This document shows positions 49,984 through 63,320 of a stretch of 64,000 nucleotides of DNA, in pieces. The notes beneath the pieces are model-generated. The model saw only the letters and a program-made list of their open reading frames with translations. It had not been told where the DNA came from and did not search any database. Every line of letters begins with the position of its first letter. Position 1 is the first letter of the stretch. The position numbers and the translations under genes are program-made. Location of the stretch: the NCBI RefSeq assembly GCF_009834535.1, contig NC_045707.1, positions 51,276,001 through 51,340,000 on the forward strand. The letters are read 5' to 3'. Source of the stretch: Camelus ferus (taxonomy: Eukaryota).

Positions 49984-51349
49984 CTTTAGTTTGAATATCT
50001 AGATGGTGCTTTTTATGCATATTTATTATTTGAGTTAGATTATTGGAAGAAGGTCACCCAAGTGTGCATCTGTAAGAAAGAATTACTTTTCCTGTCTCTA
50101 TGTAAACTAGTTTTGCTGACACCAAAGATTCACTTTCTTTTTTTCTGACACTTTATTATTTGTTGAAAAATAGTCTAATTATAGTCTTCTTCTCTCAGAG
50201 TCATAGTTCTAATTATTAGTCACATTGACCTTTTCTGTTGAATAAAAAGAAACAAACGTTATATCATAAACCATAAAAGCACTGGCATTAAATGCTAGTT
50301 GCAAAGAAGTACATTCATTATGTACTCCCAAATTAGAAGGAAACGTCTTTGCAAGGGCTTCATTTAAATATGTTTGAGAGTCTCCCTAGAAGATTTCTTT
50401 ATTTTTAATGGAGCAGACAGTAGGCTTTCATGACCACAGAGGTCTCTTTATGAAAAAATTAAGTCAAACTTTATTTATTACTTAATGAAAAGCTTTCTGT
50501 GAAGTTGGCATGTAACCTCACATCCTTTCTGACTTTAAAAATCTGTAAAAGTCAAATTATATCCAAGTCATTTTCATGGAGTGTGGTTGACAGTGTAGAT
50601 AATTTTCTGCAAACGCTCATCAAGGCTGAGTTCTTTTGGAGAGCTTGTGAACTGAAGGGGCTGAAAGTCAGCCAGAGTCTCCGCAGTTGGACATTTGAAT
50701 ATTTTGGTGTATCATATCTGGCTGCAGTGTCTCCTTAATGAAGGAGCTCAGATGTAAACTCAATTCTTTTGCTAGCTTTACAACCAAATAGGATTTGTGC
50801 ACTAAAACAGGTATGACCTTATTTTAAAATCAGTTTTCAAGAAACTCCTCTAGAATCCTTTTAGGGATTATCTCTGACTGAATATGAGTGATGTTCACAT
50901 CAACCATTCTGTACTTACAATGTATTCTTACTTATTTAAAAATTTTCATTGTTTATATTTTTATTTAGATGTTTTTAATATAAGCTTTTAAGATCTATGT
51001 TCAAAATATTAATGACTAGAAAAATAAATTCTCATTTAAGAAACAAAGGCTAATTAAGAAACCCAGAGGGAAATTTAAGTGGCTATCAGAATGCAAGATT
51101 AAAGACTTCGATAAAATCTGCAAGGCTTGGTAGGAATGTGTTAAGGAACTAGCTCTCAGTTAATAAGCAAGTACTATATCAATGATCAGTATTCTAGTGT
51201 TGAGAGTTTGAAAAGACATGGAACACATGGTCCCCAACAGAGTCATTTTTTATTACAGATGAAATTCATCCAGGTTATTGGTCCACAATGTTTTCAAGAA
51301 GAAGGTAGCCTTTAAAAATAATGATAAAATAAATTCACTGTTCTATTCC

Positions 51350-52400
51350 ATTTACTCATGCATTTAGCAGTACGTATTTATTGAGTCACTGCAGTGAACT
51401 AGGTAGTTTTGGAGGCTTGGGAATATAGTAGTGAACAAAAGAATTCTCACCCTCATAGACTTTACATGTCACTGGAAGAAAAAGTGAAAACAGAAGGAAA
51501 TTTTAAAATATATTATTCAGTATGATTATAGGTGGCTATGTAAAAAAGTAGAGGATGATAAGAGAGATAGTGAGTGCCTAGGTGTATGGCAGTCAGGGAG
51601 GGTGTCTTTCTTAGGTTGGTTCCCTAGGAGAACAGCCTGGGATGGGGGTTCTTGTTCAGAAGATTTATTTGAGGGAGAGGGAAGTATTCTCAGGAGAAGA
51701 TAAGTGAGGCAAGCAAGATAGAGCTGGGTAAAAAGCTCAGCAAGAATGTGGTCTCAGTTGGAGACTTCCATGTAGACCACAGGAAGCTCTGGAGAACAAA
51801 TGCCCTGCAGAGTTGGTCCTACCTGGAGGTAGGGTTTGCCTTTTGTAGCCATATCACTTGATTGCTGGCTGAAGTGGTGTGGCATGGCCTGGGAAAAAAG
51901 CACTCCCATTTAGCTGAGGTCAATTATCTAAATAAAGGAGAGGCAGCTGTAAGGTCTCATCAAGCAAACACTAGAAGCAGCTGGGAATGGATGTACCAAC
52001 CTGTAAAAGGCAGCTGGCTGGGGCTCCAGTGGTGCCCACTCACATCTCTGAAAAGTTGATGAGAACATAAGGGAGAAAGGTAGCTAACTATCTTAAAGAA
52101 CATTCCAAGGAGAGAGAACAGTGCCTGCAGAGACCCTAGGGTGGAATTTTGCCAAAGAGACTGGAACTTGCTTGGATTGAGGAATAGCACTCTGTCCAGC
52201 ATGATTAGAATTATGTGAACAATGAAGAATGGAAGATGACGAGGAAAGTGGAGGTGAGAGCAGATCATGTAGGAACTTGCAGGCCACTGAGTGAGATGGG
52301 AACTCATTGGAGTTTTCTGAACATAATGCACGACTGGATTTAGTTCTAAAGTGTTCACTTTAGCGGATGGGGGAAGATTAGGCTGTAGAGTGCAAGGTTG
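51350..52400 (-). mobile_element. L2 split by an LTR16 insertion
   Basis: tatttattgag...agtgaacaaaa...cctcatagactttaca. The L2 reads gtcagggaggg, is interrupted, then resumes at tctctgaaaagttga. Confidence 0.7.
51603..52044 (-). mobile_element. ERVL solo LTR (LTR16-like)
   Basis: taggttggttccctagga..cagcctgggatggg...ggaagctctggag...agcagctgggaatgg...cactcaca. Confidence 0.75.
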
Positions 52401-52959
52401 TAAATGCAAAATCAATACTTTCCCTTTTAACATCCTTTTATTGAGTTACCACGTGCTTTCAAGAAGCTACTGTGACTTTATGAATGCTTTTATATGATTT
52501 TGCGTGTGATGATTATATGCATTCATGAAGATTTTGTAAGCAGGGGTGATACTCAAAATATTTAGTGAGCAGTATTGCAGAACTTCCAACCAAACAGTAT
52601 GGAGGCTGTGTTTGAGTCCAACATGTAGATAAGATACAGCATTTCTTCAGTCTACAGACATTGCCTAGTATACAATAAATCTGGAGACCCTTTGTAATAA
52701 AACCCTTGCTTTTTCAAATGCTCAAGGCTTCAATACCAAATGGTAATTTTTGGCCTATTCTGAGAAAAAGAAGGGAACTCACTTGGGTCAAGTGGGTGTT
52801 ATCCTATGATGAGATGTAGAGCTTGTTGAAAATACCAGATATAGAATTTATAGGAAGGTTTTAAGTTAGAAAACAAAGGATTTTGTAATCCAGCGGGGGT
52901 AGGGGTCTACATGTTGAAATGTGGGAGTTAAGCCTCAGGGAATTTCCCTCCTAAGGTAC

Positions 52960-53135
52960 CTTTTATTGGACACTGTACTTCTGCTGTAGAGCTGCATCAT
53001 TTTATATGTTAACTACTTGTTTCTTCTGTCTGTTTTGTTTATTTCGTTCTTTCTAAGAGCAGGGACCAAATCTCTTCTATTTACTGTTGTATATTCAGAG
53101 TCTGGCACAGTGCCTGACCCTCCATAGACACATAG
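52960..53135 (+). mobile_element. L2 3' end
   Basis: aagagcagggacc...tttactgttgtatattcagagtctggcacagtgcctg. Confidence 0.65.
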
Positions 53136-53329
53136 TCTGGATACCTGAGTATTGTGGCAAAACAGCAAATTAGATAATAGGTTTGACTTTGTAAAAAGTG
53201 CATTTGGTTTGAAGACAGAGATATTCTATGGGTCAAATAAGGAAAAAAACCTTACTTCTCTAAGACAGTAATAGCTTGGCCTATGGTTGGTGAGTCAAAC
53301 CAAGTAGCCTAGTTAGAAATACAGTAATT

Positions 53330-53462
53330 CCAAGAGTTAGGTGAGTAGCCTCTTGCCACTAAACTTTTAAATGAAAGAGAAATAAATTTCTGTCTTATTT
53401 AAGTCAGTATATTTTTGGATCCTTTTGTTTCAGCACCTTAGATTGCACCCTAACAAATGTAT
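53330..53462 (+). mobile_element. MLT1 LTR 3' fragment
   Basis: agagaaataaatttctgtcttatttaagtc...tttgtttcagc. Confidence 0.55.
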
Positions 53463-53464
53463 CA

Positions 53465-54480
53465 ACTCTAAATGGATGCTTTCTAAAACTATATCTTCAG
53501 CCATGTCATTTCTTCTGACCTTCAGACACATATTTAATTGCCTTCCCAACATTGTTACTTGGATATATGTTAGTCAGAACTATTGATGAACCCTGTTCTT
53601 TTAATCTACTCTTCCTTTCTTTTTCAATTTCAGTAAATAACACCATCCTTTATTCAAGTGTCCATGGAAGAACAGGTGCAAATATTTTTGATTTCCCCAG
53701 CCTACCCGCTTTCAGTTCATCAGCAAGTTCATGTTGAATTAGCCTTCAAAATACATACCATGCCTGGCCTTTCCTGCCAGTTCTACCTCTAACTCCTAAT
53801 CCAAGTGACCCTCACATTGTGCTGAGATCTTCATCTAACAGGTCTTCCTTAACCCATTCTTCTTGTCCTGGCATCTATTCTCCACATAGTAGCCAGGGTA
53901 ATCTTTTAAAAATGAAACTCGATTTGAATTAGTTCTCCCCTAAAAGCTCTCTGAAGACTTCTCTCATCATACTTATAACAAAATCTAATATCCTATTCAT
54001 GACTTTATAACCTGGTTGCTGGCTACCTCACTAATTTTGCCTTCAAGTATTCCACCCCCTACAGATTCCATTCTGGTCGCACTGCCCTTCTTGCTGTTTC
54101 TTGAGACGTCCAATTTTGTTCCTGCCTCAGAGATTGGACTGTTTGCTGCCTGGAACGTTTTTCCTCCATAAAGTTGCACTGCTCACACTCTTATTTTAAT
54201 TCGATTTCTGTGTTGAAAGACCTTCATCACTGTAGTCTTTCCTGTCCCCTCTGTCTGTGTTAGCACCCAGACATGATCCTTTGATGCCTATATTTTTTCC
54301 AGACTTTATATCTTTTTCATATCTCTAACCAATTTTGTATTATGTATTTATTTGTTTAGCGTCATTTTCCTTATATTAGAATAAAATCCCCTGAGAAGAG
54401 GAATTTTGATTCTCTTGTTTAGATTTTAATACTCAAGAGTCTAGAATAGTGCCTGGTAGCTGTCAGACTCAATATTTGCT
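53465..54480 (+). mobile_element. L2a, ~1 kb 3' portion
   Basis: tctattctccacatagtagccagggtaatcttttaaaa...cctgcctcag...tctagaatagtgcctgg...ctcaatatttg. Confidence 0.8.
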
Positions 54481-55344
54481 GGTGCCATTAGACTTCTGAG
54501 GCTCAAACCTTTACAGATTCTTTCAGTGCTCCATCCCGGGGAACAATTGCTTCATTTGCTCCGAGGGCAATTTCTATCCTTTAAGGCCCTTGTTTCTTTT
54601 TAACTGTTGTGTATGTGTTTGTGTAGGGGTGAACGTGTCTGTGTGTGTTAAGTTTAAAGCTGTTTTCCCCCACAGATGTACCTACAATCAGTTTAGAAAT
54701 ATATACCCTTTCTGAATATTCTCTAAAGAATGCAAACAACTTCCAATCCTCCAGCCCTTGAATAATGCAAGCCATTGGTAAAAGAAGAACCATGATCCAC
54801 TGTGCATTTTAATACAGAATAGCTGTGTCAAGTGCTACATTACAATCAGTTGAAAGACATACTAAGGGAAGCTAAGTTATACACTTCAGGGATAGAGTTT
54901 ACTGGGAACCACATTAAGTGCTCTGTGTTACAGAAATTGTCATGGCTAGTTTTCCTAACACTGTATCATTTACTTACAGTAATTGAAGGTAGACAGAAAT
55001 GAAGATGGACTGGAATGGGATGATGACAACATATATATGTTCCAAATGGCTTGAATGTTTCAAACAGAATTTTATATTAGGTCTGTCTCTCTATTATATC
55101 CAGAGGAACTTGGTATTCATTTCAGTAAAGGTCCTAGAGAGGCAAATATAAATGGTTATACCAGAATTTACAAAAATCTACATGATACTATCATCAAAAC
55201 TTTTTTTCTTTCAATTTTTTTCAATTGCTAGAGGGACACCATGAACAATAATGTATTTTATCTTATTTCTTGGGAGCGGGTTATGTTTAGAAGTTACTTA
55301 CGTTAATATCCTGTTTGAAATTTGTGGATTTTTTTCCTTTTCAG

Positions 55345-55367
55345 CCAACTTAAAGAGATTAAGGATT
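55345..55367 (+). other. Candidate 23-nt micro-exon of an unidentified host gene
   Basis: ttttttccttttcag|CCAACTTAAAGAGATTAAGGATT|gtgagt, preceded by a ~50-nt AG-free zone containing a ttaat branch-point-like motif. Confidence 0.45.
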
Positions 55368-55549
55368 GTGAGTTTTTTAAAAATATCATTGATTTTAATC
55401 AGGTGTCAGAAATATTTCACAAAAAGTAATTACAACTTACTTGAACAGAATTATAAAATTATGAAAAATAATATTCTGCTTTTGGAGAATGTATTAGACA
55501 ATGGGCAAAGAGCATAATTGTAACCTCTTTTATTGTTTTGATGGAATCT

Positions 55550-56087
55550 ATTTTTATTTATTTTTTGCAACAGCTTTACTGAGCTATAGCTCATATATCA
55601 AACAGTGTACCCATTTAAAGTATATAATTGAATGATTCTTAGTATAATTACAGAGTTGTACAACCATGAACAATCAGTTTTAAAACATTTTAATCCTTCT
55701 TCAGAGAAACCCTTTATTTGAACAAATGCTTTAGCAGTCACCTTCCATGTCCCCCAACCACCCCCACCTTTTCTTTGCAACCACTAATCTACTTGTCTCT
55801 GGCTTTGCTTGTTTACTTCATGTAAATGGAATCATGCAATATGTAGTCTTTTGTGACTTGATTTAATGTTTTCTTGGTTCACCTATCTTGTAGCAAGAAT
55901 CAACACTTTTTCCCTTTTCATTGACAAATAATATTCCTATTGTGTGGATGTACATTTTATTTATCTGTTCAACAGGTGATGGGCATTTGAGTTGTTTCTT
56001 CTCTTTAGCTATGATGGATATGCTGCCACAAATGTTCATGTACTAGTTTTTGTGTGGACATATTTTCTTTCTTTTCTTTCTTTCTTT

Positions 56088-56148
<61 letters not shown>

Positions 56149-56270
56149 TTTCTGTCTTTCTGTCTTTCTTTTTAAAATTTGGTTATATCAAGGAATAGAA
56201 TTGCTGAGTCATGTGGTAATTCTATCTGATGCTAATGATGTTGAGCATCGATTTCATGTACATATTGACC
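55550..56270 (-). mobile_element. L1MB-like 3' UTR fragment
   Basis: cagctttactgagctatag...cccatttaaagtat...caaccactaatctact...atgtaaatggaatcatgcaatatgt. Confidence 0.8.
56064..56172. repeat. (TTTC)n microsatellite inside the L1
   Basis: Seen directly. Confidence 0.95.
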
Positions 56271-57827
56271 TATTTTTATTTCAACGGTAATTCTTCTGCA
56301 TTGCAATGTGCTTGCTCTGTTACTATTTTTGATATTTCTCTTCTTTTGTAATCCTGGAAACCACACAGTTAAATTTGTTAGACATATGTATAAACCAAAC
56401 TCAGTTTGTGCTCATATGTGTGTCTCTATGGGTTTATTGAATAGATTTTGTCATATATGTATAACTTGCCCAGATACCATTTTTGCTTACTTTCCAGTTG
56501 TTAATTGTTTCTAGGCAGACTTTTAGATATTGAAATGTCATACCATTGTTTGAACAGTATGGCTTAATTATAGATTTGACAAGTTTACTGGTAATCTGTT
56601 TATGTAAACATAAAACAGCTTATCCTTGGATTTTTTCTACTTATATATGCAATTTTCTAATTTAAAAAATAATAAGTATAAGATGGAAATTATTTTAGAT
56701 TGATAAAGATGATTGTAAACATTAGATGAATAGAATTACTTATTTTAAAAGAGTTGGTTAAATTAACTTAGTACTACCATTTAGGTATTTAAACTTGATT
56801 TTGACAATAAAATTACATACTGGATGGAAAAAATGATACAAACTAATGGATTCATAAGGGCAGGAGCTGCTGCTTTTCTATATATTTAATTACAGCCGAT
56901 ATCTGGAGCTTGGAGGAGGTACATTAATTTTTAACTAGGGATGCTTCTAACAACTCTATGCTGTCATTTTCTAAAGAGAATATATGAAATAGTTCAGGCT
57001 GTTAGCAACAAATATTTTTTCTAATTTGCACATATCTAAGATTTGATTTTTGCCATTTAAATAGATATTTTAGCAAAATCATACTCATAGAATTAAAATT
57101 CCTATCACATTTGACTTATATAATTTTATCTTTAATTTTTTTCCTCTTGGGCACAATGCAAGGACTATGTTTCTATATTAGTTTTTGTTAATTTTATTTA
57201 TGTTTTTATTATTTTAGCAATGAGGGTCAGTTTCTGTGTCTTCCATTGGTACTATGGAACATGTGACCCAAGCTTTAGAACTTCATCTTCCAATCATTAG
57301 CTGAAAAAATGAGATATGCACAAAGATAATTTTACTACAGAGGATGAAACTATAATAACATTTTCCCCAGAGTAATTAGAAAAGTTTGTGCCAAGGATCT
57401 TTTAGTAATTAGAGATTTTACTTGATTTCTTTCACTTTTGACCTAAGAGGCTACCACTGCCATGGACAATTGTGAGATGTAGCTGACTGCCTTATCTGCA
57501 ATTCTGTGTTAGAGCTCCCCATACCAAGTAATTAAATGCAGTAGCCTTGTAATATAGGTCATCTCTAATTCATATATCATGCTTTATTCATATATCATGG
57601 TCACTATTCAGGGTGGGAAACTAAAAAAATATACCTGGTTTAGAGTGCAGGCTTTCTAAGTACAACCTGAGCTTGCTGTTAAGAGGTTTGCTGAGTTTAA
57701 TTTGTGTCTCAGTCCTTCCAGGTAAGAGACAATTCTTGCACAGTGTCTGTTTGGCTTGACTCTGGTATTTGTCCATTGTCATACCCTTTTCTGTAGCTTT
57801 TCAATCAAAGAATAGTGGAAGCATACC

Positions 57828-58382
57828 TGTAGGATGAAATATCTCAGATTTGTTGAGTTTGTGTTTGGCGACAATTCTTGTGCCTCTTGAGTATCTACAT
57901 GTCTTATATAGAGGCACTGAAGACTTTTATTCCAGAATGGTTTTTTTAAAGGAGTTTTTATTATAAGTCAAATAGCTTTGGAAAACAGAGTTTGTGTCTA
58001 GCTCTGGAGTAAAGGGCTGAATTATTTTCCTAGCCAAGATAATATAGATAGTCTTTCTCTGAGGCAAAGATTTGGAAAATTTACTAGGAGTCCCTTTCAA
58101 AGCTTAGGGTTTCTGAAACTCAGGGTTCCTTAGCTGTTGCACAAGCCTAGTATGTATGTAACATCCATCTAGACTGTTTCTCATCACCCACCGTGAGATT
58201 TGGGGGACAAAGGAACATGGTGCAGACATGTAGCTAACACTGCCTGCTATGCTGTGAGTAATGAAGTCCCATGCTTCTGATCCAGGAGTTCCATGTCTTT
58301 TGCCAGCTTCTGTGTAACTGCAGCAGGCTAACTTATTAACATGCAGTAGGTTAAAATCTCATACTCTTCACAGCTCTTGAAA
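57828..58382 (+). mobile_element. ERVL solo LTR (MER54/LTR53-like)
   Basis: 3' end gctgtgagtaatgaagtcc...cagcaggctaacttattaac...aaaatctcatactcttcacagctcttga. Confidence 0.7.
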
Positions 58383-59283
58383 ACCATGTGAGTTTTGAGG
58401 CTTTGTGCTGTCCTTCTCCAAAGGGGTACTGTGGGAGAATTAGACCTTAGTACCTCAGTATATCTATTATATGAGATGAACTGTCTTTTCTCCTATGCAT
58501 GTGGAGTGGTGGTATGTAAAATCAGAAAATTGAGAAAGCAGTCAATCATTATCTTCTATAGGGCTTAATTTTCTCATGGAATCTGATTGAGGACAGCTAC
58601 ATATTCCCAAAGGTAAATGTTTGGCTTCATATCTTCTCTGACTGGTTGGTACTGTGAACATCTTTTTTAAGAACAAGATTAGGAATAGTTCTTCAGATGT
58701 TCTAGAATAGAACTATAAAATATAAATATAAAAATTTCCTTCTAAAAAATTGACTGTGTTACTCACTGTCAATATTAGTACTTTGGGGGTACAGTTCTCA
58801 CAAGATCTCTATGCTCTAACCTCATGACTTTGATAATAAGTATGATATGGAGAGAAAATTCTGGGAGTTAGTAAAACTCTGAGCTGACCTGATGGAAGTG
58901 AACCTGAGGAAGGCCACTGAGCAAACCGGCTTTTTGTTTGCAGACACCATGCTGGAGACTCTCAGGGACCATCTTATATCCTTTGCCCTTTTCCCTCCCC
59001 TTTAGGAAGAATAAACACAGCACCATTATCTCTGCAGAAGCCAAGGAAATTTAAAGCAGTTTTAGAAAGCTGTCATTATGACATTTCTAAGTAGAAGAAA
59101 TTCTATCACACTTCTTGTCATTAGAAAGTAATACTTATAAATTGATCTTTCCCACTGTATCATAAACCAAACATTGCTGCTAGCATATAGCTGGTTGTGT
59201 ATTTGGGAAAAGTTTCTCCACCCAAATGTAGGGGGAGAAAAAAGAAAGCAGGAAAGCAGCTAGGTGTACACTTTTCCCACTCG

Positions 59284-59844
59284 CCTTCATCCAGTCATCC
59301 GCTGATGGACATTTAGTTTGCTTCTATGTCTTGGCTATTGTAAATAGTGCTGCTATGAACATTGGGGTGCATGTATCTTTTTGATTTGGAGTTTTCCCCA
59401 CATATATGCCCAGGAGTGGGATTGCTGGATCACATGGTAAGTCTATTTTTAGTTTTTTTAAGGAATCATCATTTTCCATAATGGCTGCACCAAACTACAT
59501 TCCCACCAACAGTGTAGGAGTGTTCCCTTTTCTTCAGACCCTCTCCAGCCTTTATTATTTGTGGACTTTCTAATGATGGCCATTCTGACTAGTGTGAGGT
59601 GATACCTCATTGTAGTTTTGATTTGCGTTTCTCTGATAATTAGCGATATTGAGCATTTTTTCACATGCCTATTGGCCATTTCTATGTCTTCATTGGAGAA
59701 ATGCTTGTTTACGTCCTCTACCCATTTTTTCATTGGGTTGTTTATTTTTTTGTTATTGAGTTGTATGAGCTGTTTGTATATTCTGGAAATTAAGCCCTTA
59801 ACAGTTGCAACATTTGCAAATATTTTTTTCCATTCTGTAGGCTG
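59284..59844 (-). mobile_element. Relatively young L1 ORF2 C-terminal fragment lacking 3' UTR and poly(A)
   Basis: Translation [11 protein letters not shown]...[11 protein letters not shown]...[15 protein letters not shown]...[17 protein letters not shown] is the L1 ORF2 C-terminal region; frameshift near 59470. Confidence 0.92.
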
Positions 59845-60236
59845 AGTAAAGGAAGAATTTGTTTCATATCTAAACCTCTTGTTTTCTGTTGTTGCCCTAT
59901 TTTCATTCCTCTGGCTCCTGTGCTTTGTTTCACTTTCTCTCTTTTGTGGAACTTTTTCTGGTGTCCATGACCTTCCTGCGGGCTGACCTGTTTGCTCCTG
60001 TCCCATTCTTCCTAAGCTTCCAGATTTCTAGGAAATCTTCTTGCTTTCTGTATTTCTTTACCTGTGTTACTTCATTAGTGAAGACGATGGACATTGATTC
60101 ATAAAATGTCTTGACTTTACTGTTTGCCTTACAAATTTCTTGACATATCCCTCCTTTGCCTTTAGTTACTGCCCATGGCTTGATACTATCCCAACATTTG
60201 AAGGATGCTATAATTTTAAAAAATTTGTATGTTTTC

Positions 60237-60785
60237 TTTTTTTATTAGAAGTGTAATTGACATATAACAGTTTCAGGTGTACGAAATAATGATTCAACAT
60301 TTGTAAATATTGTGAAATGATCACAACAGTAAGTCTAGTTAACATTCATCACCATACATAGTTACACATATTTTTCTTTCTGTGATGAGAACATTTAAGA
60401 TCTATTCTTTTAGCAACTTTCAAATGTACAATACAGCATTATTAACTATGGTTACTATGCTGTGCATTGCATCCCAATGATTTATGACATTTATTTTATA
60501 ACTGAAAATCTGTACCTTTTGACCCCTGTCACCCATCCCTGACCCACAATCTCTGGCAACCACCAACCTGTTCTCTGTATCCATGAGCTTGATTTTATTT
60601 TCAGATTCCACATATGAGATCATATGGTAATATGGTAGTTGTCTTTCTCTGTCTGACTTATTTCACCTAGCATAATGCCTTTATCCATCTAGATTGTTGC
60701 AAATGACAAGATTTCATTCTTTTTTATGGCTGAATAATATTCCATTGTGTATATATATTCCACATTTTCTTTATCAACTCACTCA
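60237..60785 (-). mobile_element. L1MA9-like 3' end with TSD
   Basis: ttgtgaaatgatcacaacagtaagtctagttaac...tgatgagaacatttaagatct; tatgttttc repeated at 60228-60236 and 60791-60799. Confidence 0.85.
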
Positions 60786-62946
60786 TAATTTATGTTTTCA
60801 TTATAGTTTTCAAAATGGTTTAAAATTTAAAGTGTTGCAAATTAATGTTAAGCTTTGGCAACTATTCTATGTAAGTTCTACACACCTCCTTGTTAGATGT
60901 AATAACTGACATAATTCTACACAAAGTCTTAAACCCTGATGTTTTAGTAATATATGCATACCTTTTAAATGAGAAAATATATATATACATATATTCTGTA
61001 CTGCAGTTCACTTTGCTATTTAGTTATTGAGAAGACAAAATATCTCAAGGACTTCTTGAGAATATTTTAGGGCTTCCTCTTTATATTTGATCCCATATTT
61101 TTCATGATGTTCATAAGTCAAAAAGATTTATGACAATTCTATAAAAGGTTGAAAATGGACTCTAAAACGAAAGTATAAAGGTATTACTAGAGTTAATGAA
61201 ACAGAAGAAGGACAAGAATATAAGAAGCAAATGGTAACTTAAAAAAAAGATTTATGGAAATTGAAAGAAATTGAGGAGTTGTAGAGGTTATTTAACTATG
61301 CAGAGTCAACAACAGCACACATTAGGCTGTAGTAAGATTATACTGATATTTTTTAGTCACCCAGAATTAAACCTATTCTTCTAAAGCAGTTAAATTGTTG
61401 AAGATGTTAATGACAACATGAGGAATATCCAAACAAAAGCAATTCATTTGTTTCTTTTCTTTTGTAAAGTATACATTTCTGACTACCCCTGCCACTGTCT
61501 AATCCCGAAAATTGTGCCTAAGGGTAACAGAAATGGCGTATTAACCACAGAGAGAGACGATAATAATTAAGATAATCTGTCCTCAGATTCTGAGGCAATG
61601 GGAACTCATGATGTATCAGTTTGTGTACCTATCCAATGAATTTGAAAATGCTTTTAGCCTCAGGGTCAGGCAGCAGTATTAGAGAAAGTGAGAACTAACA
61701 GTTAGGGTCTCAAAGATACACCTATAATCTGATTTGAGTCAGCACTTCTTATTTAGTTAAAATTTACCATCAAATGCTTGTTAAAGATAGAGAATGCACA
61801 GAAACAAGTATTGCTAATGAAAAGGGTAGCAGTAAAGAGATATTTGCTCTTGAATGATTGCCAAGTCAGAGATTACAAGTGCTTGACAAGTGCTTGACAA
61901 TTACAAGGAAACAGGATTTTCTGGGGAGGGTGGGGTGGGAAATAGATCCATTAGATGAAATAGTTATGAGAATATTTATGGGTGAAATTGTTCATCAGAA
62001 TATTGATAACTCTCAGGTATTGAACTGCTGGGGGATTGCCACAGAAGTGCCTGTGTAGACAAGCCTCCATAATTACTAACTTTGCATATAAACCATACTA
62101 AAGGCCAGTTGTAATGTTCCTTATTGATTTTTTCTCTATCATTTTAGTTTAATTGGTTACTTGGACAGTGTTTTACTATTGGAAACAGGTGTCATTTTTA
62201 TGTTTTAAATAAATTGCTCCATAAAAATTATCTCCACTCTTCAAGAGAAATATTTTGACCCTACATTATTTCTGAAAAATTCATACTTTGGCAGAATCAC
62301 ACTTTGAAATTCAAGCCAGAGCACATTGTAATTTTCTTTTTTCATAAAACTTTATGGGGTCTAGATCTATTTCAAAACGGGTTTCTTTTTGAAAATATAA
62401 TAGGCTGATTAATTTCTTTTATTGATAAGCCCAAATACTTTAGAATTCTGACACCAAAGATAAAACCAAACTTTAATAAAAAGCTTTAGTTTTTGATACT
62501 TTAATTAAAAAAGACCTTAGTAAAAATTTGAGATTTTGACTTTGTACCAAATATCTTCAAATAAGTCAGAGGAAATATACTGAACCATTGAACTCACCTT
62601 AAGAATCAGGAAAGGGTATGATAATGCTGTTCTAAAAATGTGATTCAAAGCCAGGGAATTAAATTTGTTTCCTTTTCTGTTCACTGTGTACATTCAGAAA
62701 GTGCCAAATATAACTTTAGTCTTTCCAAGTGGTAGTTATTGAGATAATTTTACTATTTCTCCTTTTTCTGGAAGATTAATTTTTTCTTTACACATTACTT
62801 TTTGGTTAATTTATAATAAACTCAGCTGAAACAAGTAAATATTTCAAAAACTTTCATATAAACTTTGGTACAATAGTCAATGAACAGTGTATGGATATCA
62901 GATCAGTACATAAACTTGAAAACCAACTTGGATATATATTGGCATG

Positions 62947-62949
<3 letters not shown>

Positions 62950-62995
<46 letters not shown>

Positions 62996-63000
62996 TTTTT
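62950..63000. repeat. (TA)n plus poly(T)
   Basis: Seen directly. Confidence 0.97.
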
Positions 63001-63144
63001 CCTCTTAATAATTGCCCCTTTTGGGAGAATATGGTTCTTAAAAGGTGAAGAAGCAGGAAGATTTTATAAGTAAAACCACTTACAAATTCTGCATAAACTA
63101 ATCATTGGACTGATTGTTCATAAAAAGCAAAGACAACCGCTCTT

Positions 63145-63320
63145 GGATACGGAAGACGTAGATACTAAACTTAAGTCTATGACTACAAGACCATGTGAAC
63201 CCAAGCAACTCACTTAATCGTACTGGGTCCCCAAGTCTTCATCTGTGAAGTAATTTACTCTTGGAATTATTTTTAGAATTAAATAAGAAGGTACATGCAA
63301 ATAAATACCCTGAGAAAAGT
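63145..63320 (+). mobile_element. MIR SINE
   Basis: catgtgaacccaagcaactcacttaatc...tcttcatctgtgaa...tagaattaaataaga. Confidence 0.55.

Noticed and set aside
51960..52433. 157-aa ORF
   Set aside because: Lies in L2 and LTR16 remnants and has no recognisable domain.
55296..55320. Minus-strand 9-nt micro-exon pattern (cag|GATATTAAC|gtaagt)
   Set aside because: Its upstream region on the minus strand is A-rich with no pyrimidine tract; it overlaps the branch region of the better + strand candidate.
59458..60006. 182-aa ORF, the longest in the track
   Set aside because: It is a decayed L1 ORF2 C-terminus read in from flanking DNA, not a host gene.
796..62058. Remaining 60-130 aa ORFs
   Set aside because: Many start at non-ATG codons, are rich in F/L/I/S as expected for AT-rich noncoding DNA, overlap repeats and show no splice structure or homology.
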